64,000 nucleotides of DNA, taken from assembly GCA_963422205.2 (NCBI GenBank), contig CAXMWX010000003.1:96001-160000 (forward strand), read 5' to 3'. Source of the stretch: Gammaproteobacteria bacterium (GTDB lineage Bacteria; Pseudomonadota; Gammaproteobacteria; Eutrophobiales; Eutrophobiaceae). Made by a program: the position numbers and the translations under genes. Shown piece after piece: positions 51,622-61,347 of the stretch; within the stretch, counting starts at the first letter, position 1, and the number at the start of each line of letters is the position of its first letter. Below the pieces are notes generated by a model, which worked only from the letters and a program-made list of their open reading frames with translations, was not told the origin of the DNA and did no database searches.

Positions 51622-51703
51622 TCTGTGTTTGTCGCACGGACACCAGAGGCTGCTGCCACGACCAGCCATCACGCACGCCTCAGACCCGGGCCCTGGCTTT
51701 CGG

Positions 51704-52324
51704 TCAGGGCTGCTCTCTTTCCCCGTCAATCAACGCATCAACAGTCGTTAGCATATCGTCCAAAGAGCCGCTCAAGGTGGCAGAAACCAGGTATTTGCCG
51801 TTGACCACCACGGCGGGCACGCCGGTGAGCTTGAATCGTTGCGCCTGGATGAAGGCTGACTTCATTTTGATTTCCGTCTCGTTGGAATCATAGTGCATCT
51901 CAAATGCCTCTGTATCGATGCCCAGCCCGCCAACGAAATCAATAATCTCGGCCTTGCTGTAGATACGCTTTCTGTCCTGGTGCAGTGCCTTGAACAGGGG
52001 CAGGTGGACTTGCTCCAGCACCCCCATTCTCTCGGCAGCAAAGAACGCCCTGGCATGAGCGATCCAGTTTTTATTCAACACCGCCGGCATCCGCCGAAAT
52101 ACCACATCCTCGGCCAGCGTCGGCTTCCAGGCGGCAAGCAGTGGTTCAAAGCTGTAGCAATGAGGACAGCCGTACCAGAAGATCTCCAGCACCTCGATCT
52201 TATCGCCTGTCCGGGTGGGCTGGGCGGGTTTAATGACTTTATAGCCTTGCTGACCGCTAACGGGCGAGGCGGTGAATAATGTGCTTATGAGCAGAGCGCC
52301 CAGCAGTTTTGTTGTTATCTGCAT
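51704..52324 (-). CDS. dsbA: Thiol:disulfide interchange protein DsbA
   Basis: FWYGCPHC, GVPA..VNGKY; signal peptide. Confidence 0.95.
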   Translation of the reverse strand: MQITTKLLGALLISTLFTASPVSGQQGYKVIKPAQPTRTGDKIEVLEIFWYGCPHCYSFEPLLAAWKPTLAEDVVFRRMPAVLNKNWIAHARAFFAAERMGVLEQVHLPLFKALHQDRKRIYSKAEIIDFVGGLGIDTEAFEMHYDSNETEIKMKSAFIQAQRFKLTGVPAVVVNGKYLVSATLSGSLDDMLTTVDALIDGEREQP

Positions 52325-52360
52325 ATCATGATCCCTGTCAATGGAAAATACCGGGATGGG

Positions 52361-53521
52361 TTAAAGCTCGCCATAGGAGTGCAGGCCCGATAGAAACATG
52401 TTGACCCCCAAAAAGGCAAACAAGGTGATGAGAAAGCCAACGATAGACCAGCCGGCCATGGCGGGGCCGTGCCAGCCCTTGCTGATGTGCATGTGCAGCC
52501 AGGCGGCATAGTTCAACCAGACGATCAAGGCCCAGGTCTCTTTTGGATCCCACGACCAGTAACCGCCCCAGGCCTCGGCCGCCCAGAGCGAGCCTAAGAT
52601 CGTGGCGATGGTAAAGAACGCAAACCCCAGGGCAATCGCTTTGTACATGATATCTTCAATCACATCATTGGCGGGTAATTGCGCCAGTATGCTTCTGGCG
52701 GCCGGTTTACGCTGCTTTAACAGCCGGGTCAGGCCCAACATGGCGGCGATACTGAAACAGCCATAGCCGATAAAGTTTGCCGGTACATGGATCTTCATCC
52801 AGTAGCTTTTCAAGGCCGGTACCAGGGGTTGAATCTCATGTGCCTGGCGCTCGAAGGTATACCAGAGCAAAAAGCCAATCGCAGCGGTAATGACCAGCAT
52901 GACAAACCCGCCCAGGGTCCGGGTGGCATAACGCCGTTCATAGTGCAGGTAGATCAGCGCAGTGATCACGCAGAACAGGATAAAGACTTCATACAGATTG
53001 CTGACCGGGATATGCCCGACATCTGGATGAATCAGATAAGACTCATACCAGCGCACCAGCAGGCCGGTCAGCCCCATGGCCGTGGCCGCCCAGACCAGGG
53101 CGCTGGCAACAGTGGCGGTGAATGCCGAACGGCTGTACAGGGCCAGGAAATAGCTGCCGGTGGCCAGCAAAAACAGAAAACTCATCCACATGATGGCCGA
53201 CTGGCTCGCCAGCATATACTCAAGCAGAAAATGCCGGGCATTGGTCAACTCGCCAGCATAGAGATAAATGGCCGATAACGAGAACAGCACGGCAACGATC
53301 AACAGGCGCCTTAACGCCGTCCAGACCAGCCCGCCCCAGCCGATGGTCACACTGCTGCCTGCCAGGATGATCTGCTCATAGCCATTCATATAGCCATGAT
53401 AGTTAAAGCCGATAAACAAACCGCCGCCGGCCACCGTGAACAGCCACAAAAAATCAACCGCCGCCAGTTGTCGGTGATCGTCATACTGCATCAGCGGCTG
53501 TGAGAGCGATTCTGTGGTCAT
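52361..53521 (-). CDS. resC: System II cytochrome c biogenesis protein (CcsA/ResC, WWD domain)
   Basis: WAAEAWGGYWSWDPKE, KIHVP and C-terminal GLHSYG motifs. Confidence 0.95.
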   Translation of the reverse strand: MTTESLSQPLMQYDDHRQLAAVDFLWLFTVAGGGLFIGFNYHGYMNGYEQIILAGSSVTIGWGGLVWTALRRLLIVAVLFSLSAIYLYAGELTNARHFLLEYMLASQSAIMWMSFLFLLATGSYFLALYSRSAFTATVASALVWAATAMGLTGLLVRWYESYLIHPDVGHIPVSNLYEVFILFCVITALIYLHYERRYATRTLGGFVMLVITAAIGFLLWYTFERQAHEIQPLVPALKSYWMKIHVPANFIGYGCFSIAAMLGLTRLLKQRKPAARSILAQLPANDVIEDIMYKAIALGFAFFTIATILGSLWAAEAWGGYWSWDPKETWALIVWLNYAAWLHMHISKGWHGPAMAGWSIVGFLITLFAFLGVNMFLSGLHSYGEL

Positions 53522-53589
53522 AGTCTGTGGATTTACCGGGTCAATGGAGGGCGTTGTGGGTTAGAGCATTGGCCGACTCTTTGGTTGCA

Positions 53590-55566
53590 TTAGTGTGCCG
53601 CAAAAGTCTGTTTGATGGTATGGCTGATGTTTGCAAAGTAGCGGCCAAAATCCGCCTGATGGCGTGTGCGGCTGCCGCCATAGAGCAGGTGTGTCCCGGT
53701 GTCGGTTCCAGATAGCAAAAACCACAGCCGTTGATGCGGAATATAAAACAGCATGAACACGCCGAGAGTGAGCAGCAGAAACCCCAGATAGACCCACTTG
53801 GCACCGGGCGAGCGGCTGATCTGCAACCCGGTTGCCTGTATCTCCTCAAAATCATCCAACTGTATAAAATACGTTGTGCCGTATTCATGCAGCGAGGACA
53901 AGGCGATGATGCTGTCATTGAGAAACTGAATCTCATGCGCTGATAACTCTCCGGTAAAAAGATCGCTATCTTCCAGCACTTTAAGGTAACTCTGTTGCAG
54001 GGCGAATTGCAGCATCTTCAATGAAGCGTTCTGCAAGTCTTGAGCATCGCTGATCCCGGCATCACTGGCGGTGCTAAAGTGTGCTTTAAGACCGTCAAAC
54101 CCCTGCCGCCGGAATAAATCAACCAGACGGATCAAGACATTCGTGATCTCGGCAGGTGAGATCGGCAGCGCCGTGTTCTCTATCAGCATCGTGCTGTTAC
54201 GCTGCAATAACGGCCTGAGCCTCACCTCATCGTTCAGCAGGGCCAGGAAGCGGAGAAATAACTCAGCACTGCCATTATCATCGGCCGGGATATGCAGATA
54301 GCGATAGTCAGCCTGGGGTGATTCACGCACACCGCTGAGCAGATAGTCACGGCCGGCAATCGTCACCGGATACATGTAGTTAAGGTACTCCCGTGCTGTG
54401 CCGTCAGCCTGTCGCAGTTTGAAGGTCAGGCTGGGGCCGAAGTCACGAAATTTTTTATCTGTTGCCGCATCATTGTCAGGGAAGATATTAAATTTCTTAA
54501 ATTCGGTCAGCTCTAACTGCAAGGCATCGGCATCACCGGGGAGCCTCATCGTCTCTGAGACTGCAAGCTGTGCGGCGGTTTTTTGCAATGTCGGGCTTTG
54601 CAAATCAAACAGGCTGAACTTTAGCACCGAGCCGCCATCACCAAAACTGGCTTGATAGATGGTATAGCCCCGGTAGTTCAGCGGGTGGTTTACCAGGATG
54701 GTTTGCTCCAGGCTGGTGGCGTTGGCCTTATCGACAATACGCAGATCACTCGCAAACGATTTGGGCTGGCCGTTATTGTAGTGCTCAATGCGAAAATCCT
54801 GTACCTGGATGGAGAAGGGAAGCGGCTGCACCACATAACCTGCCCCCATGTTGATAAAAGCCGTGTTGACCCGGCGGCCTTCAGGAATAGAGACACTGGC
54901 CCGGAATGAGGGGTTCTCTTTGCTCAAGATAGTGCGCTTATCCATGGCGGATAAAGGAATGTCGTCACGTGTTTCGATCTGCACCTGCCCGGTGCGGGTT
55001 TTCAGCTTCAGTGGGAAGTTGCTGTCCAGCAGGCCGCCGATACAAATGATAATCACAGCCACATGCGTGAGCAGATAACCATAGCGGTTGGCCTCGCCCC
55101 GGATGGCGGCCACCAGCATACCTTCACCAGTGGCTTGGCTCTGCACACGATAGCCTTGTTGTTTCAGCCAGTGCTGCAACTCAAACAGCAGCTTGTCCAT
55201 GCCGGTTTGCGTATCAAGCCGGGCATGGTGTGTTAAGTGTTGTATGTGATTCGCCCGCTGGTGTAGTTGAAAGTTCCTCGCACTGGCGAGAATTTTAGGC
55301 GTGTTGCGGTACAGGCAGATACTGACGCTGCACACCAGAAAGGCCATGATCAGCACAAACCAGGGGGTGGAATAGATATCATACAGCCCCAGGCGGCGAT
55401 AGATATCATGCCAGAACGGGCCAAACTTGATGATGTAATTCTGATATGGCTCGTTTTGCCGCAGTATCGTGCCAATCACGGACGCCACGGCAATCACCAG
55501 CAGCAGGGTGATGGCCAGGTTCATGGAGCTTAGAAACTGCACGCTGCGGGACAGGGTAAGCCTCAT
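53590..55566 (-). CDS. resB: System II cytochrome c biogenesis protein (Ccs1/ResB)
   Basis: SSM.LAI.LL...SVIGT..Q, Y.TPWF, H in TM, VNHPL...IYQASF and TGLQI...PG motifs. Confidence 0.93.
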   Translation of the reverse strand: MRLTLSRSVQFLSSMNLAITLLLVIAVASVIGTILRQNEPYQNYIIKFGPFWHDIYRRLGLYDIYSTPWFVLIMAFLVCSVSICLYRNTPKILASARNFQLHQRANHIQHLTHHARLDTQTGMDKLLFELQHWLKQQGYRVQSQATGEGMLVAAIRGEANRYGYLLTHVAVIIICIGGLLDSNFPLKLKTRTGQVQIETRDDIPLSAMDKRTILSKENPSFRASVSIPEGRRVNTAFINMGAGYVVQPLPFSIQVQDFRIEHYNNGQPKSFASDLRIVDKANATSLEQTILVNHPLNYRGYTIYQASFGDGGSVLKFSLFDLQSPTLQKTAAQLAVSETMRLPGDADALQLELTEFKKFNIFPDNDAATDKKFRDFGPSLTFKLRQADGTAREYLNYMYPVTIAGRDYLLSGVRESPQADYRYLHIPADDNGSAELFLRFLALLNDEVRLRPLLQRNSTMLIENTALPISPAEITNVLIRLVDLFRRQGFDGLKAHFSTASDAGISDAQDLQNASLKMLQFALQQSYLKVLEDSDLFTGELSAHEIQFLNDSIIALSSLHEYGTTYFIQLDDFEEIQATGLQISRSPGAKWVYLGFLLLTLGVFMLFYIPHQRLWFLLSGTDTGTHLLYGGSRTRHQADFGRYFANISHTIKQTFAAH

Positions 55567-55626
55567 CGGTCGCTCGCCCGCACAGTCACGCCCTGATATT
55601 ATCCTCCTTCAAGATAACGCCGCCGT

Positions 55627-56223
55627 CTAATACAGCCCCTGGATGTAATTTGACACGGCCTCAATATCGGCGTTGGTCATGCGGCTGGCAATATCACGCA
55701 TGACGGCATTGCGATCATTATGCCGTTGCTCGGCTTTAAATTGCTTTAGCTGGCTGGCGGTATAGGCGGCATGCTGGCCGTTGATCTTCGGATACAGTGC
55801 TGCCGGGTTGCCGCTGCCGCCAGGGCCGTGGCAGGCCATGCAGGCGGCCAGGGCACGTTTGGCATCGCCTGCTCGGTACAAGCGCTCGCCATGGGCCAGA
55901 TCGATCGGCTGCGCCAAACCCGGCCGGGGCGTCTGGGCAGCATAGTAAGCGGCAAGATCCGCGATATCCTCATCGGTGAGATTGGCCGCCATAGGCGACA
56001 TCTGCGGATTCTGGCGGCTGCCATCACGGAAGTTTTTCAACTGCTTCCCGGTGTAATCGGCATGTTGTCCAGCAAGGTTGGGCCAGGCCGGGCTGGGGCT
56101 GTTGCCGTCCTCGCCGTGACAAGCCGCACAGGCCAGCGATTTCTCCCTGCCTGCGGCTATATCACCGGCAGGTAAGGGGGGGCTGAATAACAACACAAGG
56201 CTTACGAGGCAGGCATATTTCAT
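55627..56223 (-). CDS. Di-heme cytochrome c4
   Basis: CAACH and CMACH heme motifs; signal peptide; divergent from engB. Confidence 0.94.
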   Translation of the reverse strand: MKYACLVSLVLLFSPPLPAGDIAAGREKSLACAACHGEDGNSPSPAWPNLAGQHADYTGKQLKNFRDGSRQNPQMSPMAANLTDEDIADLAAYYAAQTPRPGLAQPIDLAHGERLYRAGDAKRALAACMACHGPGGSGNPAALYPKINGQHAAYTASQLKQFKAEQRHNDRNAVMRDIASRMTNADIEAVSNYIQGLY

Positions 56224-56352
56224 ATCGAATTCCATCTATTTATGTCACTGTTGCAACAGTTGGTTTTGGCGGCTTGGTTTTTGCCATTCTATGTTACCGA
56301 TGTTACAAGAAAAAGTGTATGGTGTCGGGAAAAATTTAGCCCGTCACTCCCC

Positions 56353-56955
56353 GTGCATAACCCTTACCGGCAAACACGCCATGAGCGTAGCGCAAACAGG
56401 CTCAGCCAGCTACCGGCCGACAGCGGCAGAGAGGCCGCTTTCTGTGGCCGTTCAAATACTGGAAAATCCAGTGTTATCAATGTGCTGACCGCACAACACC
56501 GCCTGGCCAGAGCAAGCAGGCAGCCGGGCCGGACGCAGCAACTGAATTTTTTTACCGTGGCGGCAGGGGTGCGGCTGGTCGATCTGCCAGGTTATGGCTA
56601 TGCCAGGGTGCCCCGTGCCCTGCAAGCACACTGGCACAACACGGTCAATCGCTACTTGCAGTCTCGCCAAAGCCTGTCAGGGCTGATATTAATCGTGGAT
56701 ATTCGCCGTAGTTTGAACGACCAGGATCAGCAGTTGCTTGGCTGGTGTCAAGCGGTTGCCTTGCCAGTGCATGTTTTGCTGAATAAATCGGACAAACTCT
56801 CCCGCAGTGCTGCCCAGAGTCGCCTGCTGGCACTACAGCATGAATTTGCTGCCGCTGACGGCATCTCAATGCAGCTATTCTCCGTGTTGAAAAAAACCGG
56901 TGTGGAAGAGTTGCAGGGGCGGCTGAATGGCTGGTTATTTGCCCATGTCATGTAG
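56353..56955 (+). CDS. engB: Ribosome biogenesis GTPase EngB/YihA
   Basis: GRSNTGKSS, PGRTQ, DLPGYG and NKSDK motifs; GTG start proposed. Confidence 0.95.
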   Translation: MHNPYRQTRHERSANRLSQLPADSGREAAFCGRSNTGKSSVINVLTAQHRLARASRQPGRTQQLNFFTVAAGVRLVDLPGYGYARVPRALQAHWHNTVNRYLQSRQSLSGLILIVDIRRSLNDQDQQLLGWCQAVALPVHVLLNKSDKLSRSAAQSRLLALQHEFAAADGISMQLFSVLKKTGVEELQGRLNGWLFAHVM

Positions 56956-56965
56956 AGATACAAGG

Positions 56966-57087
56966 AAAAAATCGGCCCCGGATCAAGTTTAAGGGGATTG
57001 GTAGGGCATCCGGGGCCTAAATGCCCGGCTGGGGAGACCGGGAACACTGATCACTGTCAGGGGTTAAACAGCGGCACTTTACGTGTT
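56966..57087 (-). ncRNA. Candidate sRNA (about 120 nt) convergent with engB
   Basis: Hairpin CCCGG-TCTCCCCAG-CCGGG, then 10-bp stem GGCCCCGGAT/ATCCGGGGCC with C-rich loop and T6 tail; upstream promoter motif; 5' end estimated. Confidence 0.55.
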
Positions 57088-57093
57088 ACCTGT

Positions 57094-57120
57094 TATGACA
57101 AGGGGGCTGGCTAAAGGTTC
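57094..57120 (-). promoter_or_regulatory. SigmaE/AlgU-like promoter
   Basis: Minus strand GAACCT-N15-GTCATA versus consensus GAACTT-N16-TC(A/T)xA. Confidence 0.5.
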
Positions 57121-57189
57121 AATCGGTTGCGAAGACCAGGGCGGTCGAGGCGGGCTTTTTCGCCTCCCGATGAGACCGTGAGGTGAATT

Positions 57190-57403
57190 TTATACACAGC
57201 TTGGGCCTGATATAGGGATGGCGATGAATAATCGTCGAAAAATTCCCTGAAAACGCTGATGAGTAGGTGCAACTCATTGAAAAAAAAGTAAAAGATGAAA
57301 GTGATTAAATTTTAACATTTCTGTAACACAACCAATAAAAAAGCGGAATTGGGGAATATGTACGCCTATCTTCCACAGACTTATCCACAGAAATTGTGGA
57401 TAA
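57190..57403. promoter_or_regulatory. DnaA-box cluster
   Basis: TTATACACA 57190-57198, TCTTCCACA 57369-57377 (1 mismatch), TTATCCACA 57381-57389 and TGTGGATAA 57395-57403; AT-rich tract between. Confidence 0.75.
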
Positions 57404-57505
57404 CACTGAATTGTATACAGAGCAAGCAGTTATCATTTCAAACTGACAAATCGCATCAATGTCATCGCCTAAATTAAGGCCCCAGGCCAAGGATCCAGCG
57501 GCGGT

Positions 57506-58300
57506 TTAATCCACCAGCAGATCAGCGGGGTGACGGATACGCATACGCCATTGGCGATGACGCTGATAAATCTTCCCCCGTGCCAGCACCTTGACATGCA
57601 GCAACTCCCGCAGCTTATAGTCCGTAAAGTGGATCAGATCGCCCCTGGCAATCCGCACAGCAAAGCCTTCGCCAAGGTTCAGCCACAGTGCAGAGCGGCT
57701 CTCGCCTATGCGGCTGATGCGCCCGTACACCCGCCGGTAGCCACGCGCCGTGGCTGGCAGTTCAGCCACAGCGATGGGCTGATATTGCGCCATTGCCCAC
57801 AGGCCACGCCGCTGTGTTTGCGCCCGCCCGCTGGCGGCCTGATAGCAGTCGATAAAATTCAGGTTGGGCGGAATAACCAGGGGCACGGCCAGCCCCTCGC
57901 CCAGTAATGCCGCCTGAACATTACGATTGACATTAGGCCGATCAATAAACGCATGCGCCAGCAGGCGCCCATAGCGGTCCTGCCGTTCAATCCCGTATTG
58001 CAAACGAACGGCGCGGTGTTCAGGCAGCAGCCCCTGCAAATACCGCCATGCGACCACGGCCCCCGGCGCATCTGCCCGGCCATCACGGCCACGCTCCGGC
58101 GTATCAATGCCGATCAGGCGCACATGTCGACCATCGCGCAGGATAAGGGTGTCACCATCAAGCACATCCTCAACGATGCCCATAACAGCCTGGGCGGGTG
58201 GCTGACAATCATCCGCCAGGACCGGGCTTAGGCTGCAACACAGGCAGGCGGCAATGAAATGAGGTGCTGAAAGCGTGCGATTAACTGGCGGGCGGGGCAA
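57506..58300 (-). CDS. Thermonuclease (SNase-like) family protein with C-terminal OB-like domain
   Basis: DGDT, VRLIGIDTPE, DRYGRLLA and RGLW motifs; follows rpmE. Confidence 0.9.
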   Translation of the reverse strand: MPRPPVNRTLSAPHFIAACLCCSLSPVLADDCQPPAQAVMGIVEDVLDGDTLILRDGRHVRLIGIDTPERGRDGRADAPGAVVAWRYLQGLLPEHRAVRLQYGIERQDRYGRLLAHAFIDRPNVNRNVQAALLGEGLAVPLVIPPNLNFIDCYQAASGRAQTQRRGLWAMAQYQPIAVAELPATARGYRRVYGRISRIGESRSALWLNLGEGFAVRIARGDLIHFTDYKLRELLHVKVLARGKIYQRHRQWRMRIRHPADLLVD

Positions 58301-58327
58301 TGAAAACGGGATGAATTGATGCGGTAT

Positions 58328-58528
58328 TCACATGTTGTATTTGCGGCGAAATTTATCCACCCGGCCAGCCGTATCCAGCATCTTCTGTTTACCGGTGTAG
58401 AAAGGATGGCATTGTGAACACACATCTATGTGAAATTCTCCGGCATGGGTGGAGCGCGTGGTGAAGGTGTTCCCGCAACTGCATGTTACGCTGATCTCAT
58501 CATAATCCGGGTGTATCTCTGCTTGCAT
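58328..58528 (-). CDS. rpmE: 50S ribosomal protein L31 (Zn-binding type A)
   Basis: IHP.Y...CSCG...[12 protein letters not shown]...GRVDKF. Confidence 0.97.
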   Translation of the reverse strand: MQAEIHPDYDEISVTCSCGNTFTTRSTHAGEFHIDVCSQCHPFYTGKQKMLDTAGRVDKFRRKYNM

Positions 58529-58707
58529 CGTCCTTACCTTGATTATCCTGTCATGAGGGCTGTTTGCCGGCAGGGCGGAGTGTATGCGATCTGCTGGCGG
58601 GGTGCAACTGGCTGTATAGCTGCTGGCAAAATGACAGCGCACAGCCTTACCTGAAATCATGTGTCTGAAACTGTATGCTTGGCACTGTGTGTGACCAGGA
58701 TGACGGC

Positions 58708-59466
58708 CTATCTCGCCTGCATCCTGACCGCCCCATCCAGCCGGATCGTCTCACCATTGAAGTACCGGTTCTCACAAATATGCCTGACCAGGGCGGCATA
58801 TTCCGCTGGTTCGCCCAGGCGTGGCGGAAACGGCACACTGGCCGCCAACCCCTGCTGTACCTTATCCGGCAGGGCGGCCATCATGGGCGTGTTAAAGATG
58901 CCGGGGGCGATCGTCATCACGCGGATGGCATCGCCGGACAAATCGCGCGCAATGGGTAAGGTCATCCCGACCACCCCGGCCTTTGATGCCGCATAGGCCG
59001 CCTGCCCGGCCTGCCCGTCAAAAGCCGCCACCGATGCCGTGTTCACGATCACCCCTCGCTCGCCGCCCAGCGCCGCCAGCGCCGCCATGCGTGTCGCCAC
59101 CAGGCGAATAGAGTTAAACGTACCCACAAGATTCGTTAAGACAATGCGCTGAAAATCATCCAGGGCATGCGGTGTGCCAGCTTTAAGGGTCTTCTGCCCC
59201 AGTATCACCCCGGCACAGTTTACCAGAATGCGCGCCTCCCCATGCCGTGCCGCCGCCAGTTCCAGACCCTCGCTGAGGCTGTCCTCAGCGGTGACATCCA
59301 CACTGGCGAACACACCACCAACCGCATCCGCCAGCCGCTCGCCCTGCTCACGGTTCATATCAAAAATCGCCACCCTGGCGCCCGCTTCGGCCAGGGCCCG
59401 GGCCGTCGCCTCACCCAGACCGGAGGCAGCGCCGGTGATGATGGCCGGGCAATTTTTTATCTGCAT
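58708..59466 (-). CDS. SDR, 3-hydroxyacyl-CoA dehydrogenase type II (HSD10-like)
   Basis: [31 protein letters not shown] and NGETIRLDG motifs. Confidence 0.92.
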   Translation of the reverse strand: MQIKNCPAIITGAASGLGEATARALAEAGARVAIFDMNREQGERLADAVGGVFASVDVTAEDSLSEGLELAAARHGEARILVNCAGVILGQKTLKAGTPHALDDFQRIVLTNLVGTFNSIRLVATRMAALAALGGERGVIVNTASVAAFDGQAGQAAYAASKAGVVGMTLPIARDLSGDAIRVMTIAPGIFNTPMMAALPDKVQQGLAASVPFPPRLGEPAEYAALVRHICENRYFNGETIRLDGAVRMQAR

Positions 59467-59513
59467 ATCAGCCTGGCCTGCCCGTTATGTTAAAGACGAT
59501 GAGATTAGGCACA

Positions 59514-60698
59514 TCAGATGATCTCCAGGGCCACGGCAGTCGCCTCGCCGCCACCGATGCAGATCGCCGCCACCCCCCGCCTTGCCCCACGTTGCTGCAA
59601 GGCGGCGATGAGGGTAACGATAATGCGCGCCCCGGAAGCACCGATAGGATGGCCCAGGGCACAGGCGCCGCCATGGACGTTGATCTTCTCATGCGGAATG
59701 GCCAACGCCTGCATGGCCGCCAATGCCACAACGGCAAAGGCTTCATTCACCTCAAACAAATCGACATCATGAACAGACCAGCCCGCCGCCTTCATGACCT
59801 TACGCATGGCGGTCACCGGGGCAGTGGTGAACCAGGCCGGCTCCTGGGCATGGCGGCTATGTGCCAGAATCTCGCATACAGGGGTCAAGCCCTGCTGTGC
59901 TGCTGTTGCCGCATCTGTCAGCACAACGGCAGCCGCACCATCAGAAATTGAGCTGGAATTGGCGGCAGTTACCGTGCCGGCATCAGCAAAAGCTGGCCTT
60001 AAGGTCGGGATTTTTTCCATGTCCGCCTTGCCCGGCTGCTCATCGGTGGCAACGATCGACTCGCCCTGGCGCCTCTTTACCCTGACCGGGATAATCTCAC
60101 GATCAAAGCAGCCCGCTTTGATGGCCGCCTGCGCGCGCATCAACGACTCCACGGCATAGGCGTCCTGCATCTTGCGTGAGAGGTGAAATTCGCTGGCGCA
60201 GCGCTCGGCAAAGACGCCCATCAACCGCCCCTTGTCATAGGCATCTTCCAGCCCGTCAAGAAACATGTGATCAATCACCTCGCCATGCCCCATACGCATA
60301 CCCGCCCTCGCCCTGGGCAACAGGTAAGGCGCATGGCTCATGCTCTCCATGCCGCCAGCAACGATCAGCCGGGCAGAGCCGGCCCGAATGCTGTCCATGC
60401 CGAAGATGATGGCCTGCATCGCCGAACCACACATTTTGTTGATGGTGGTACACGCCGTGGCGATGGGCAGGCCGGCCGCCAACGCCGCCTGCCGTGCCGG
60501 TGCCTGGCCCTGCCCGGCCGGTAGCACACACCCCATTAAACAGGCATCAATGGCAGCCGCTTCAGCACCGCTGCGCTCAAGGGCCGCTGCAATCGCCGCT
60601 GCCCCCAGTACCGGTGCGGGCAAGGTGCTGAGTGTGCCTTGCAGGCTGCCCAGCGGGGTTCTTGCCATGCCGGTGATCACGATCGAGTCGTTATTCAT
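59514..60698 (-). CDS. Acetyl-CoA C-acyltransferase (thiolase)
   Basis: NKMCGS, NEAF, GHPIGASG and CIGGG motifs. Confidence 0.96.
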   Translation of the reverse strand: MNNDSIVITGMARTPLGSLQGTLSTLPAPVLGAAAIAAALERSGAEAAAIDACLMGCVLPAGQGQAPARQAALAAGLPIATACTTINKMCGSAMQAIIFGMDSIRAGSARLIVAGGMESMSHAPYLLPRARAGMRMGHGEVIDHMFLDGLEDAYDKGRLMGVFAERCASEFHLSRKMQDAYAVESLMRAQAAIKAGCFDREIIPVRVKRRQGESIVATDEQPGKADMEKIPTLRPAFADAGTVTAANSSSISDGAAAVVLTDAATAAQQGLTPVCEILAHSRHAQEPAWFTTAPVTAMRKVMKAAGWSVHDVDLFEVNEAFAVVALAAMQALAIPHEKINVHGGACALGHPIGASGARIIVTLIAALQQRGARRGVAAICIGGGEATAVALEII

Positions 60699-60863
60699 CC
60701 GTCTCGTTTCTGTTAAAAGGTCTGCACAGGTCCCTCATCCTTCTAAGGTAAGAGAGCGTGTTTTTCAACTCAGCAAACAAACCCCCCGTCCGCCGGCATG
60801 TCAACATGGAGATCACTGGATGGCCTTTTTGCTGCCTTTAGACAGGCGCTTCAGAATGTCATT

Positions 60864-60893
60864 TGATCTTCCAACACCTGATCTTCCAACACC
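60864..60893. repeat. 15-bp perfect tandem duplication
   Basis: TGATCTTCCAACACC x2 in the thiolase-yciI intergenic region. Confidence 0.85.
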
Positions 60894-60961
60894 ACCTGAA
60901 TGCCCTGGCTTAACAGCGGATAAGCCCTCGACAACCACTCACCTGTTACGTTAAGCAACAG

Positions 60962-61264
60962 CTACCAGCTTTTGCCACCAACCCATTCACCGGCAACGCC
61001 GAGAAAAGGCTCAATGCTAACCGCAGACCACACACCCGCTTCAAAATAAGGATCGCATTCCAGGATTTCCCGTGCTTCGGCTAATGTATCGACTTCGACA
61101 ATAAGCAGGCTGCCTACCGGTCTCTCTCCTGCATCGTTCATTAACGGGCCTGCAACCCTTATCTTGTCCAGTATATTTTCGATGTATGCCAGATGTGCTT
61201 GCAGGTTTGTCTGTCTCCGCCCATCACTGCCGGGGTTATCTGTGCAATACATGGAAACCAACAT
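60962..61264 (-). CDS. YciI family protein
   Basis: R.....AHLAY, AGP, GSLLIV and DPY..AG motifs. Confidence 0.9.
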   Translation of the reverse strand: MLVSMYCTDNPGSDGRRQTNLQAHLAYIENILDKIRVAGPLMNDAGERPVGSLLIVEVDTLAEAREILECDPYFEAGVWSAVSIEPFLGVAGEWVGGKSW

Positions 61265-61347
61265 GTCAGGATGATCCGATTTAATTTGAGGAAATACGCA
61301 TGCAGATAGTATCTCATCTGTGTGCGTTTATGCCCTGCCCATGCGCC

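Noticed and set aside
60864-60893. 15-bp tandem repeat as a CRISPR or iteron array
   Set aside because: Two abutting copies, no spacers, no cas or rep gene
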